Part shown: positions 23,861-33,552 of the stretch, in pieces
How the letters are laid out: every line of letters begins with the position of its first letter
Numbering within the stretch: position 1 is the stretch's first letter
DNA from: a candidate division FCPU426 bacterium
GTDB taxonomy: Bacteria; Oederibacteriota; Muellerivitia; Muellerivitales; Muellerivitaceae
DNA length: 64,000 bases
Assembly (NCBI GenBank): GCA_963830915.1
Contig: CAWHOE010000006.1
Location: 64,001 to 128,000, forward strand
Reading direction: 5' to 3'
Program-made: the position numbers and the translations under genes
Notes under the pieces: model-generated
Database searches by the model: none
What the model was told of the DNA's origin: nothing
Seen by the model: the letters and a program-made list of their open reading frames with translations, nothing else

Positions 23861-26524
23861 TTATTTCAACAAAATGACCTTCCTGAATTTACGATCGTAA
23901 GGTTCAGTCAGGCAGAAGATATAGACCCCATCCGCGCAAAGCTCTTGATGATTGTTCTTCCCATCCCAAGCCTGTGGCGACTCATCGATGACATTCTCAA
24001 CGATCTTTGTCTCAACAATGGTCCGGACCAATTCGCCCGCCGTGTTATAGACCTTCAAGGAATACTCCCCCGGGAATTGACAGTAATGGACATAAAAGGA
24101 GACCGATTCGCTGTTCGGGTTGAAGATGTTCTTGCTAACATTAAAAGTGTCGCAGTTTTCCCAAGGGGTCCAAGTGAAGGTCGGAGTGTAGGTAAAGGTA
24201 AATGTCGGCGTGTAGTTCGGGGTAAAGGTATGGGTAAAGGATGGGGTTGGGGTGAAAGTCGACGTCCAGGTCTTGGTGCTAGTGGCCGTATTCGTGAATG
24301 TTCTTGTGGATGTGCTGGTGGAACTGGCGGTGGCGGTATTGGTGTTCGTGGCTGTATTGGTCGGAGTGTGCGTGTTGGTCACCGTGAAGCTGTTGGTGGG
24401 GGTGAATGTGAATGTCGATGTGATCACGGGAGTGTTGGTTGCCGTAGAGGTCGAGGTCCTGGAATTGGTCGCGGTATAGGTCGGGGTGGTGGTATCGGTA
24501 TTGGTGTAGGTAGGTGAGTTGATATAGGTCTGGGTGTTGGTCGCGGTGAAACTGGGCGTGGCGCTATTGGTGGCCGTCTGGGTATCGGTGATCGTCACGG
24601 TATAAGTCGAAGTGGAAGAAGGGGTTTTCGTGAAGGAATTCGTGGGCGTGGGTGTGTTGTTGTAGGTCTGGGTATTGGTAGCGGTGAAACTGGGGGTGGC
24701 GCTGTTGGAAGGCGTGGTTGTATTGGTGAAGGTGGCGGTCACGGTGATCGTGTTGGTGTTGGTCGGGGTCTTGGTCAGGGTACTGGTGGCCGAATTGGTA
24801 GCGGTATTGGTGAAAGTGTTGGTGATGATCGGCGTATTCGTGTCGGTTGAGGTCGGGGTGGAAGTTAAAGTTTTGGTGGAAGTATTCGTCGGGGTATTGG
24901 TGAGGATGGGGGTATTGGTGGCGGTCGGTGTGACGGTCAGGGTATAGGTCGATGTCGGTGTAGAAGTGTAAGTTTTAGTGTTTGTATTGGTGGGAGAAGG
25001 TGTCGGACTGAATGTCAGGGTCAATGTGAACGTATTGGTTGGAGTCTTTGTATCGGTCGGCGTAAATGTATTGGTCGGGGTATTGATGGGGGTATAGGTA
25101 TCGGTCATGGTCGGCGTAGGAGTATCGGTCTTGGTGGCTGTGTTCGTCGCTGTAAAGGTCAGTGTATTGGTGTTGGTCGCGGTGTAAGTGTCAGTAGGAG
25201 TATTGGTCGTAGGCGGCGTGGGAGTGTTCGTTTTGGTGTTCGTTGGCGTGAATGTGAAAGTATTGGTCGGGGTAAAGGTGAAGGTAAAGGTCGGGGTGGG
25301 CGGGCAAAGGATGGAAACCGAGATGGAATTGGAAGTCGCGCTGTAGGTACCGTCGGTGATACTGGCGCTGTTGTTATAAATGGAACAGGCCTGGGTGCCC
25401 TGGATGTAATAATTCTCATTGGCCACCGTCACGGCATAACAGTAATTGGTGCTGGTCAGGACGTCCTTTCCTCTCATCCCTTTCATGAAAACGACCGTCA
25501 CACCTGTCGTCGCGCTCCAATCCACCACTACGCCATCCGAATCTGGCGGTGAGCCAATGCCTTTGTTGTGATTCAGGATGCCAGTGGGCTGGAACGCGCT
25601 ATTGGGGTAAAAGGACGCGTCGCCATCGAGGATAGTGACCGGGGTCAAATCCGGTCCGCCACTGTTACAAACGTTGAGAACGTAAGTGACTTCTTGGGGC
25701 CCACCCGTGGGAAAAGGTCCCGGTTGTCCACCCAGCCAGGATTTGTTAATGGCAAAGCTCGGCGGTCCGGGAGGTGTCACCGTGACCAAACTGACGTCCT
25801 GACGAAAATAAAGATCGTCGCAATCGGTGCTGGAGTTGGCGTTAGCGGCGTAGGACAGAACTGGAATGATGGCACCGGTCGCCGTATCGTACAATTGCTT
25901 GCTCCAGATAGCCCCACCGGTGAAATCCGCCGGCACTCCCTGGACCGGAGCGACCCAAGTTCCGCTAGGTACATAACCCTGGTCATACCAATTGGTGCCC
26001 GTTCCTGGAGGTTCTACTGAGGTCGTGCATGCGGGTGCCGCGCCAGGGTCCGTCTGTCTCCAAAGTTTGGTGTTAGTACCATCGCTCTGGATATAAGCGT
26101 GCTGCCCACTGTTACAGGTGATATCGATATCCCAACTGCCCCAGACCTCGTTTTGTTGGGCGTTCATAACCTCAGCGGCAACGGATACGTCGTTGTTGTT
26201 AGCGGTAATAGCGTTGAGAATTGTAGGATTAGTGACTGTTATGCAAACCGGACTACAAACACCCCAGGCGGTCCCTCCACAGGCGGAAGGGGTACATCCG
26301 GTATTGGCGCATAGCACGTGGGAAAATCGGAAATCATTCCCGGTCCCAACCATGGTCCCGTCGATATAGATGGTCTCATAATCATCCGCCACTCCGCACA
26401 CCTGAACGGATGTCGCGGTACATGCGGAAAAAGCTTTCTCAGGAAAAGAACATGCCAGGGCAAAGAGAATCATCAATGGGCTCAAAAACGACCGAAGATA
26501 TCTATTGTTGAGACTCTTCTTCAT
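23861..26524 (-). CDS. Secreted Cys-rich lectin-like head + DUF11-like domain + ~380-aa Thr stalk + FlgD-Ig/CTD-like C-terminus
   Basis: Signal peptide. ADDYETIYIDG is a galactose-binding-like sandwich motif. C-terminus FNVSKNIFNP...YNTAGE...WDGKN...DGVY...RKVILLK. Upstream alternative starts extend to 26548. Confidence 0.8.
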   Translation of the reverse strand: MKKSLNNRYLRSFLSPLMILFALACSFPEKAFSACTATSVQVCGVADDYETIYIDGTMVGTGNDFRFSHVLCANTGCTPSACGGTAWGVCSPVCITVTNPTILNAITANNNDVSVAAEVMNAQQNEVWGSWDIDITCNSGQHAYIQSDGTNTKLWRQTDPGAAPACTTSVEPPGTGTNWYDQGYVPSGTWVAPVQGVPADFTGGAIWSKQLYDTATGAIIPVLSYAANANSSTDCDDLYFRQDVSLVTVTPPGPPSFAINKSWLGGQPGPFPTGGPQEVTYVLNVCNSGGPDLTPVTILDGDASFYPNSAFQPTGILNHNKGIGSPPDSDGVVVDWSATTGVTVVFMKGMRGKDVLTSTNYCYAVTVANENYYIQGTQACSIYNNSASITDGTYSATSNSISVSILCPPTPTFTFTFTPTNTFTFTPTNTKTNTPTPPTTNTPTDTYTATNTNTLTFTATNTATKTDTPTPTMTDTYTPINTPTNTFTPTDTKTPTNTFTLTLTFSPTPSPTNTNTKTYTSTPTSTYTLTVTPTATNTPILTNTPTNTSTKTLTSTPTSTDTNTPIITNTFTNTATNSATSTLTKTPTNTNTITVTATFTNTTTPSNSATPSFTATNTQTYNNTPTPTNSFTKTPSSTSTYTVTITDTQTATNSATPSFTATNTQTYINSPTYTNTDTTTPTYTATNSRTSTSTATNTPVITSTFTFTPTNSFTVTNTHTPTNTATNTNTATASSTSTSTRTFTNTATSTKTWTSTFTPTPSFTHTFTPNYTPTFTFTYTPTFTWTPWENCDTFNVSKNIFNPNSESVSFYVHYCQFPGEYSLKVYNTAGELVRTIVETKIVENVIDESPQAWDGKNNHQELCADGVYIFCLTEPYDRKFRKVILLK

Positions 26525-26980
26525 GATCTTCTTTATCCTCATCCTCAAAAGGGGGTTCTTTGAAAAATTGCGACAAATATCATCAAAAGCCTTGAACGAA
26601 AATCGTTTTTAGCTTTTTAGTAAAAGTTAGTAAAAAGTTCTTCGCCTATAGTTTACCTCGATTTATTCAATTGAAATAAAGGGATTGAATGAAAACCATA
26701 TAAAAGAGGTTAAAAGTTAACACAGCGGGATTCTCGTGAAACCGATACGTTAAACCTGAAAGTTGTCCAGAAATTCTTTTCTTAAAACGGGAAATATTAT
26801 TCTCATGCCTTAATTTTCATGAACCGCTTCTTTTGCTTTCATGTCGGCATCGATAACAAATTCGAACAAGGTCAGCGTTTTCTGTTTTGCGGATGGTTTG
26901 AAATTGATAACGAAAATGGAGTTATTGAAGAGTGGGGTGGTTTATGAGCAGGAAGGACTGATAGAAGAGACGTCGTAGGA

Positions 26981-27349
26981 TCAGCTCAGCTTTTTGGTTT
27001 TAGTATGTTTCCCGTTGGGCGCGTGATAATGGAGCACCTTTACATCCTGGACCGTCACCAGACAATGTTTCGGTAACATGGGTTCCACCACATTGACCGC
27101 TTTCAGGACTTGCTTGGCGGTATCGACCACTTCGATCATGATCGGCAATTCTTCCGTAAGCTCGATCAATCGGGCCGAATGGATACGGGAAGCGGACCCA
27201 AAACCCTCGATCCCTTTGAATACCGTTGCCCCCGCCAGACCCATCTTCAGGAATTTTTCAATGATGGCCCGATATAAAAGTTGGTTTTCCCATTTCAGGT
27301 CCTCATCCAAATAGATCCTCAGAACCTTGGTTTTCCCAATGATTTTCAT
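26981..27349 (-). CDS. DUF190 (PII-like) protein
   Basis: LRIYLDE...LYRAII...GLAGATVFKGIEGFG...LPIMIEVVD. Typical crcB neighbour. Confidence 0.92.
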   Translation of the reverse strand: MKIIGKTKVLRIYLDEDLKWENQLLYRAIIEKFLKMGLAGATVFKGIEGFGSASRIHSARLIELTEELPIMIEVVDTAKQVLKAVNVVEPMLPKHCLVTVQDVKVLHYHAPNGKHTKTKKLS

Positions 27350-27361
27350 GGTTTCTCCTCC

Positions 27362-27736
27362 TTATATCACTTTCGCCAAGATCACACCCGCCCAGGTCGC
27401 GGCCAAACAGCCGAACAGGGTCAAACCGACATTGGCCAGGGCCAGTTTCATATTGCCTTCCTGGATGTAGCGGAAAGTTTCCCAACTGAACGTGGAATAG
27501 GTCGTGAAGGACGCGCACCAACCCACCGCGATCAGATAACGCAGGTTGGGGGTGAAGAAACCGCGGTCCAGATGCATGGCCAGGAAAAATCCCAGGACAA
27601 AGGAACCGATCAAATTGATGAACAAGGTACCGTAGACGAAATGAGTGCCCAATTTATCGGCCGTCCAAAGCCCCAGCCAATAGCGGCAAAAGGCTCCCAA
27701 GATGGCCCCGACCGCGATGACGATGTACTTATCCAT
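27362..27736 (-). CDS. crcB: Fluoride efflux channel Fluc/CrcB
   Basis: GAILGAFCRY, GTLFINLIGSFVLG and GWCASFTTYSTFSWE motifs. Confidence 0.95.
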   Translation of the reverse strand: MDKYIVIAVGAILGAFCRYWLGLWTADKLGTHFVYGTLFINLIGSFVLGFFLAMHLDRGFFTPNLRYLIAVGWCASFTTYSTFSWETFRYIQEGNMKLALANVGLTLFGCLAATWAGVILAKVI

Positions 27737-27910
27737 GTTTCCCTTACCCAAGCGCTCGATGAACGAACCAGAAGATTAAAACATAACCAAATGATTTTTC
27801 AAATCGATAATGTGCCAAGTAGTCGGTCAAGGATCCGGATAAAGACATGGAAATTAGGATGGAAAACAATAAAATACATCCAATCTTGCTCCTGTACCAA
27901 AAGGATACGC

Positions 27911-28608
27911 ATGCCTCACGTTACTTGTTTCCAACATATCGATTGTGAAGGCCCTGGTCTGATCGCGGACGTTCTCAAGTCCAAAGGCATCGGGTTACGG
28001 ATCATCAAGACCTATAAGGGTGAACCCATCCCTGAAAATTTGGGCGACGGCCTAGTAGTCCTGGGTGGGCCCATGGCCGTCTACGAGCGGGAAATACTGC
28101 CCTGGATGGTCGCCGAATTGGGGGCTATGCAAAAGTGTCTGGACCGCTCCATTCCCTGTTTGGGTATATGCCTAGGCGCCCAAATGTTGGCCCATGTGGG
28201 CGGAGGAAGGGTCTACAAGGGAGACCGCCAAGAGATCGGCTGGTATCCCATCAACCTTTCCGAGGATGGAAGATTGGATAATCTTCTTCAGGGTTTTCCG
28301 ATGGAAATGACCGCCTTCCACTGGCATGGGGATACTTTCACCCTTCCCGCCGACGCGGTCAGGCTGGCCGGCAGCGCTTACTACCCCAACCAGATCTTCC
28401 GGCTTGGTCAAAAGGCCTATGGTTTTCAATGTCACCTGGAAATAACAGAATCGATGATCAAGGATTGGATGGCGGCCTACGCGTCCGAATTGAAACCCAA
28501 CGGCGGGCCCATCCAGCTTGAGTGGTTGGAAAAGGACCTTCATCGCAACGCCCAAACCTTGGAAGGCCTGGCTGAAAAGGTTTCTCCCGCTTCGCGGCCT
28601 TGCTATAA
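27911..28608 (+). CDS. Type 1 glutamine amidotransferase (GMP-synthase-like); probable one-base deletion at about 28581
   Basis: QHIDCEGPG, LGGPM, LGICLGAQM, HWHGDTF and FQCHLE motifs. Restoring one T gives ...EKVFSRFAALL* at 28608 and removes the overlap with the convergent gene. Confidence 0.88.
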
Positions 28609-28661
28609 CCGATCCCCTTACCATCTGAAGATGGGGTTATCCGGTTTTTTCTTCCTGCTCG

Positions 28662-30407
28662 TTATCTTAATATCAGGGTTTTCACGATGTGTTGTTTGAC
28701 CATCCCTCGACAATGGGTCTCGATCACCGCGTAATAAAGTCCATTGGAGACCAGTTTTCGGTAATCATCCCTCAAGTCCCAAGGAAGTTCGACCTCGATC
28801 TCCCCATGACAGGCATGGACCTGTTTGCAGACCCGTCTGAAAGCGGTGGTATAGATGGAAATATCGATTTCGTCATAGGGTCCACCTCCCACATTGAAAA
28901 GGATCGGTTCTCCATGGGACGGGTTGGGATGAGGGCAAGGATGGCAAACCCTTTCCGGGGTGGATGTCGAGGTTTGAGTGGCCGTGCATGTGGGAGTAGA
29001 AGTCGCCGTTTGGGTGGGTGTCGGGGTAATAGTGGCCGTAGATGTCAGGGTATTGGTCACAGTCGCCGTATTCGTCTCCGTCACCGTGGCGGTCAAGGTG
29101 GGGGTGGCGGTAGGGGTCAACGTTGGGGTCGAAGTCATGGTGGCGGTTGTCGTTGGGGTAGGCGTGGATGTATTCGTCGGGGTCACCGAGAAGGTGCTCG
29201 TGGGTGAAGGCGTCCAATAACCATCCAGATTACAAATACAGTTGGCCGGATTCCCCGGGGTCACCGCGTCGAAACAGAATATCCTTCCGTCCCTACAGGC
29301 CACGAACAGGTTCCCATCCGCTTCCGCCCAATCCACAAAGGTGTATTCCACCCCATGGTGGTACTGCCATTCGATGGCACCCGTCTGACCATCCAACCCG
29401 TAATAATCCCCATGGCAAGCCGAAATATATACCTTCCCGCAAACAACGAAGGGGGTGTTGCGGGCGAAATTACCGGCCAACTTGGTGCACCATACCTTGG
29501 CGCCGGTATACATGTTCACGCCCCATATCCTCCAGGAATCCCCCGGCACGATCAGAACCGACCCACATATGGCCAGGTTGCCGTCAGTTGTACCTGTAAA
29601 AGCCGTGTTCCAAACCAGGCTTCCGTCTGTTCGGTTGCGGCATTCCAATTCCCCGCCGAACCCAAGGGAATAAACATAACTATCGGTCAACAATACTCCG
29701 TTCTGCTTCCACGAATTCTCGTGGATATGCCATAGACAGGTCCCATCGGAAGACTTCAGGCAGAAAAATTCTCCCGTGCGGGTCGTGAAATAAAGGGCGC
29801 CGTTATCGTACGCGGGGGTACAGACCCCGTCCCGAAAGGCGTATCCCAGATATGTGGAGAAATTGAACCTCCAGAGGACAGCGTGGGTATCCGGATCCAG
29901 ACAGGCCATACCCGCCCCACCATTGCCCACGAACAACTTGCCCTCGGCGTAAACAGGCGAACAGAACTGCCCCACACCCGCCGCGTCATTCTCGTAGAAA
30001 TACCAGAGCACCTGGCCGGTCAGAGTGGAAAGACAGATCGTGCTTCCATCCATGCGGCAAACATAGAGGACATTTCGATCCGGGTCATAGGTGGGCGTGT
30101 AATAAAGTTCCACATCCGGGCAGGGCCACACCCACAGGGGATTGCCGGTGGCGCGGTCCACGCAGCGGATCCCGTGCACGAAACATTGGATGACCCGATC
30201 CGCCAGGACGATGGGGCCCCCGGCCGGCACGGTCAGGTCATTGCAAGCCGCCGATACCCATTTCACTTGAAGCGGATTGGTGATCGAACTGGGGGAGAGA
30301 TTATGGTTTTCCCGCCTTAAATCTCCGCCGTTCATCGGATAGATCGTGGTTCCGGAGGCTTGGAAGGCCCAACCGACCAGGATGGCGCATAAAAGGGATC
30401 TTTTCAT
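28662..30407 (-). CDS. Secreted PQQ-like beta-propeller + Thr stalk + T9SS-CTD-like domain
   Basis: Repeated G.LxCLD..TG..LW blades. C-terminus PHPNP...IYTTAFRRV...WDLRD...VSNGLYY...KTLILR. GGAGG RBS before ATG 30407. Confidence 0.85.
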   Translation of the reverse strand: MKRSLLCAILVGWAFQASGTTIYPMNGGDLRRENHNLSPSSITNPLQVKWVSAACNDLTVPAGGPIVLADRVIQCFVHGIRCVDRATGNPLWVWPCPDVELYYTPTYDPDRNVLYVCRMDGSTICLSTLTGQVLWYFYENDAAGVGQFCSPVYAEGKLFVGNGGAGMACLDPDTHAVLWRFNFSTYLGYAFRDGVCTPAYDNGALYFTTRTGEFFCLKSSDGTCLWHIHENSWKQNGVLLTDSYVYSLGFGGELECRNRTDGSLVWNTAFTGTTDGNLAICGSVLIVPGDSWRIWGVNMYTGAKVWCTKLAGNFARNTPFVVCGKVYISACHGDYYGLDGQTGAIEWQYHHGVEYTFVDWAEADGNLFVACRDGRIFCFDAVTPGNPANCICNLDGYWTPSPTSTFSVTPTNTSTPTPTTTATMTSTPTLTPTATPTLTATVTETNTATVTNTLTSTATITPTPTQTATSTPTCTATQTSTSTPERVCHPCPHPNPSHGEPILFNVGGGPYDEIDISIYTTAFRRVCKQVHACHGEIEVELPWDLRDDYRKLVSNGLYYAVIETHCRGMVKQHIVKTLILR

Positions 30408-32261
30408 GGACACGCCTCCGTGACGGGCGAACTGAAGGTGAGGGGCATCCCGACCGCCGTGAACGGCGGTTGGTTTTCGATAGGGAAAGCGGAAGGATCA
30501 TTGGCGTCACCCCGCAAAATTTGGTTCAAGGTGACGTTTTCCGGAAGCAGGCCGACGGTCAGGTTCTGGACCTGGATCACCAAAGTGGTCCAATCCACCC
30601 CATACTTGGCGCAGATCTTCATCCCAGCCCAGGGTGATACGCAAGTTGATGATGTCGCTTGGATGGCACCCGCACTTGGTCGTGAGGTAAATGATGATGT
30701 AAGTAATCTCAGGTGACAGATTCAACTGTCGGGCCTCGTCCACGATCCCCACCGAACAGCCGAGGGCGGTCGCTACCTGGAGGTCTGTATTCGCGTAAGT
30801 CATCGCCGGAGTACAGGTCGGCGTAGGGATAAAGGGTGAGGGTGTGGGAGTTGGCGTGAAAGTGTCGATAGGTGTGGGGGTTAGTGTAGGAGAAAAAGTA
30901 TTGGTCGGAGTCGAGGTCGAGGTTGGGCTCAAGGTGGAGGTAATGGTGGGCGTAATTGTCGGTGTTGAGGTCCAAGTCGGAGGATTAATACAGTTGGTCA
31001 AAATATAATTGATCATTGTCGGGGTGGGTGACGGGGTGTAGTTTGCCACTGGAGTGGCGTTTAGGTTGCAGACGCAGTTACTGGGATTACCCGGTGTAAT
31101 TGATTTGAAGCAAAGCATCACCCCCGAGCGGTTACCAACAAATAATTGTCCGTCCGCTTCGGCCCAACCTACAAAAGTGACGTCCACTCCGTGATGAAGT
31201 CTCCATTCGATCTGGCCGGTCTGGCCGTCCAGGCTGTAATAATCCCCGTGGCAGGCGGAGATATATACTTTTCCACAAGCCACAAAGGCGCTGTTCAAAG
31301 CGAAATTGCCGGTCAGAAGTGTGCACCAGATCTTCGCGCCGGTGAATCGGTTGAGTCCCCAGACACGCCAGGAATCCCCCGGCACAATGAGAATGTCGCC
31401 ACACAATGCCATGTTGCCGCTGGTGTTCCCAATGATGGTGTGGGTGTCAGCTGTCCAAACCAGGGTCCCGTCAGTCCGGCTACGACATTCCACCTGGCTC
31501 AATACACCAAGGCTGTAAATATATTCATCGGAAAGAAGCAGGCTATTATGACGGATCAAGTTTTGTTTTACATGCCACTGAACTGTACCATTCACGGCGT
31601 TTAGACAAAATAGATCTCCGTTCATAGTACCAAGATAAATGAAACCATTGTCATAAGCCGGTGTGCAGGTGGCGTCCTGGAACGGCTGGCCAAAGTAGGT
31701 ACTGAAATCTAAATGCCAGATTACGTTCCTGGTATCCGGGTCTAGGCACAAAAAGCCGAATCCGCCATTGCCCACAAAGAGTTTTCCATTAGCATAAAGA
31801 GGGCAGGAATATTGCTCGAGATAATCCGCGGATTGATGATTGTAAGTCCAGATCACATTCCCTGTCTGAATGTCCAGGGCCAATGTATCTCCATTGTAGC
31901 AGCCAACATAAAGTAGGTTACGGTCGCCGTCTAAAGTCGGTGCGTTCCATATGGATGTCTGGTTATTACATACCCAGGTCCAGAGTATTTTCCCAGTTGA
32001 CCGGTCATAACAGCGGATCCCATTGGAGTAAGCCTGAACCACTCGGTCGGCGAGAATCACCGGATTGCTAACAGGATCACCAATATTCATGGAGGAAGGC
32101 ATCATCCACTGAACCGTGACTGGATTTTGAAGAGGGCTGGGATTCAAGCTGTGCCCTTCCCGGCGCAGATCCCCACACTCCATGGGATAAAGGTTCCCCG
32201 CAGTGGCGGGTATTGGGACGCTCAACAACATCAGGAGGATCATGGAATGTTTCAGGGACAT
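30404..32261 (-). CDS. Secreted PQQ-like beta-propeller + Thr stalk + uncharacterised helical C-terminal domain; one-base insertion at about 30618
   Basis: Propeller is paralogous to 28662-30407. Removing one base joins ...LRITLGWDE to ICAKYGVDW... (ORF 30404-30622). This restores homology with 32252-33178 and an ATGA overlap with the next gene. Confidence 0.82.
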
Positions 32262-33178
32262 ACGGGAATTACCTCCGTAACAGGTTGAGCGTAGACAAGG
32301 GTATCCGGCATGGGAGCGAGGTAAGTTATTGGAAACTGATTAGGGTCATTGGCCGCCGCCCGCATGATCATATTGGGCGTATCAATCTCGGGAAGAAGGG
32401 TGTTGATACGCGTTTGAAGGTCTGCGGCGAAAGCAGCCCAATCCAACCCATAGTGGGCGCAAATCTCGTCCCAGCTCATGGTCAACCGCAATTGCATGAT
32501 ATCCGAGGGCTGACACCCGCAAGTGGCGCCGATCCTCATGATGATGTAGGAAGTCGTGGCATCTAGATTAAGCTGTCGGCAGGCCTCGACGAAAGTGATA
32601 GTGCACCCGAACACCGAAGAACAAGCCGCCGCGGTATTCCTATAAATGATGGTCACCGCTATGGTAGGGACCGCCGTGTAAGTATCGGTTGGCGAGAAGG
32701 TGGCTGTCGGGAAAGCGTAGGTGGAAGTGATGGTAGGACTGATCGTAGGGGTATCCGTGGACGTCTCGGTCAAAGCTGTAAAGGTTGGCGTAGAGGTATA
32801 AGTCGGTATGACGTAAGTGATGGTTGTTGTGGGATTGGGCGTCGGTGAATCCGTTGGATTGGGCGTGTAAGTTGGATAGGTGCCAGTGGGGACTGCCGTG
32901 TAAGTCGGATAAGCATACGTTACGGTCGGAGTGGCTGTGGGTGTGTTGGTCGATGTTTTCGTCATCGTTCGGGTGGCGGTATTCGTCGGCGTGCAGGTAG
33001 AAGTATTCGTCGCGGTGTTGGTGGCTGTCATGGTGATCGTGGTGACAGGCCCTGAAGGGGTAGGAGTCCAGGTGAAAGTGGCTGTAGGCGCGGCCCAGGC
33101 GGGGAGGGCGCACCCAGCAATGATGGATAGAACTCCTGATATTAACCATAAATTCAGAAAAAAGATCCGCTTCATCAT
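32252..33178 (-). CDS. Secreted Thr-stalk protein carrying only the uncharacterised helical domain
   Basis: Signal peptide, about 140 aa of T-x, then RQLNL...CGCQPSDIMQLRLTMSWDEICAHYGLDW...ANDPNQFP. Confidence 0.8.
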   Translation of the reverse strand: MMKRIFFLNLWLISGVLSIIAGCALPAWAAPTATFTWTPTPSGPVTTITMTATNTATNTSTCTPTNTATRTMTKTSTNTPTATPTVTYAYPTYTAVPTGTYPTYTPNPTDSPTPNPTTTITYVIPTYTSTPTFTALTETSTDTPTISPTITSTYAFPTATFSPTDTYTAVPTIAVTIIYRNTAAACSSVFGCTITFVEACRQLNLDATTSYIIMRIGATCGCQPSDIMQLRLTMSWDEICAHYGLDWAAFAADLQTRINTLLPEIDTPNMIMRAAANDPNQFPITYLAPMPDTLVYAQPVTEVIPVCP

Positions 33179-33552
33179 AACCCCGCTTCTTCATAAACCC
33201 AAAAGATAGACTGCGTTACCTATAGACGGCGATCGATGGAATTAGTTCAAAAATATTTTTATTTTTTTCGACTATTTCCATTCGTTAAGATTCAAATAAA
33301 AAGACCTGTCCCAACTGATCGAACACTCTTAATGCTTAGGCAGATTCCATGCCAAAACATAAATCAGTTTTTTTATTGGTTTTTTATCGCTGTGACAAAA
33401 AATAAAACCATGTCGATTACGTTTAAAATTTGTCTTTCTAGCGCAAACTGTCAAAAACGGACTCAACCAAGGACGTCAACCCAAACCGTTTTGACGACTT
33501 TTCGTAAAAGGACAACGCTCAAATAAGCCGTTAAAGAACTTTCTTTTTTGTT

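Noticed and set aside
27737..27910. Fluoride riboswitch upstream of crcB
   Set aside because: No GGnGATGG...GCTGATGAC-type consensus is visible on the minus strand.
27281..27910. N-terminal 210-aa extension of the amidotransferase ORF
   Set aside because: It overlaps crcB and DUF190 on the opposite strand. The family motifs begin at ATG 27911, which has an RBS.
1404..33209. Many plus-strand Val/Gly-rich ORFs (VGVLVGV..., GRGIG...) such as 1404-1790, 15821-17632 and 16698-17561
   Set aside because: Antisense shadows of the Thr-x stalk codons, lying wholly within well-supported minus-strand genes.
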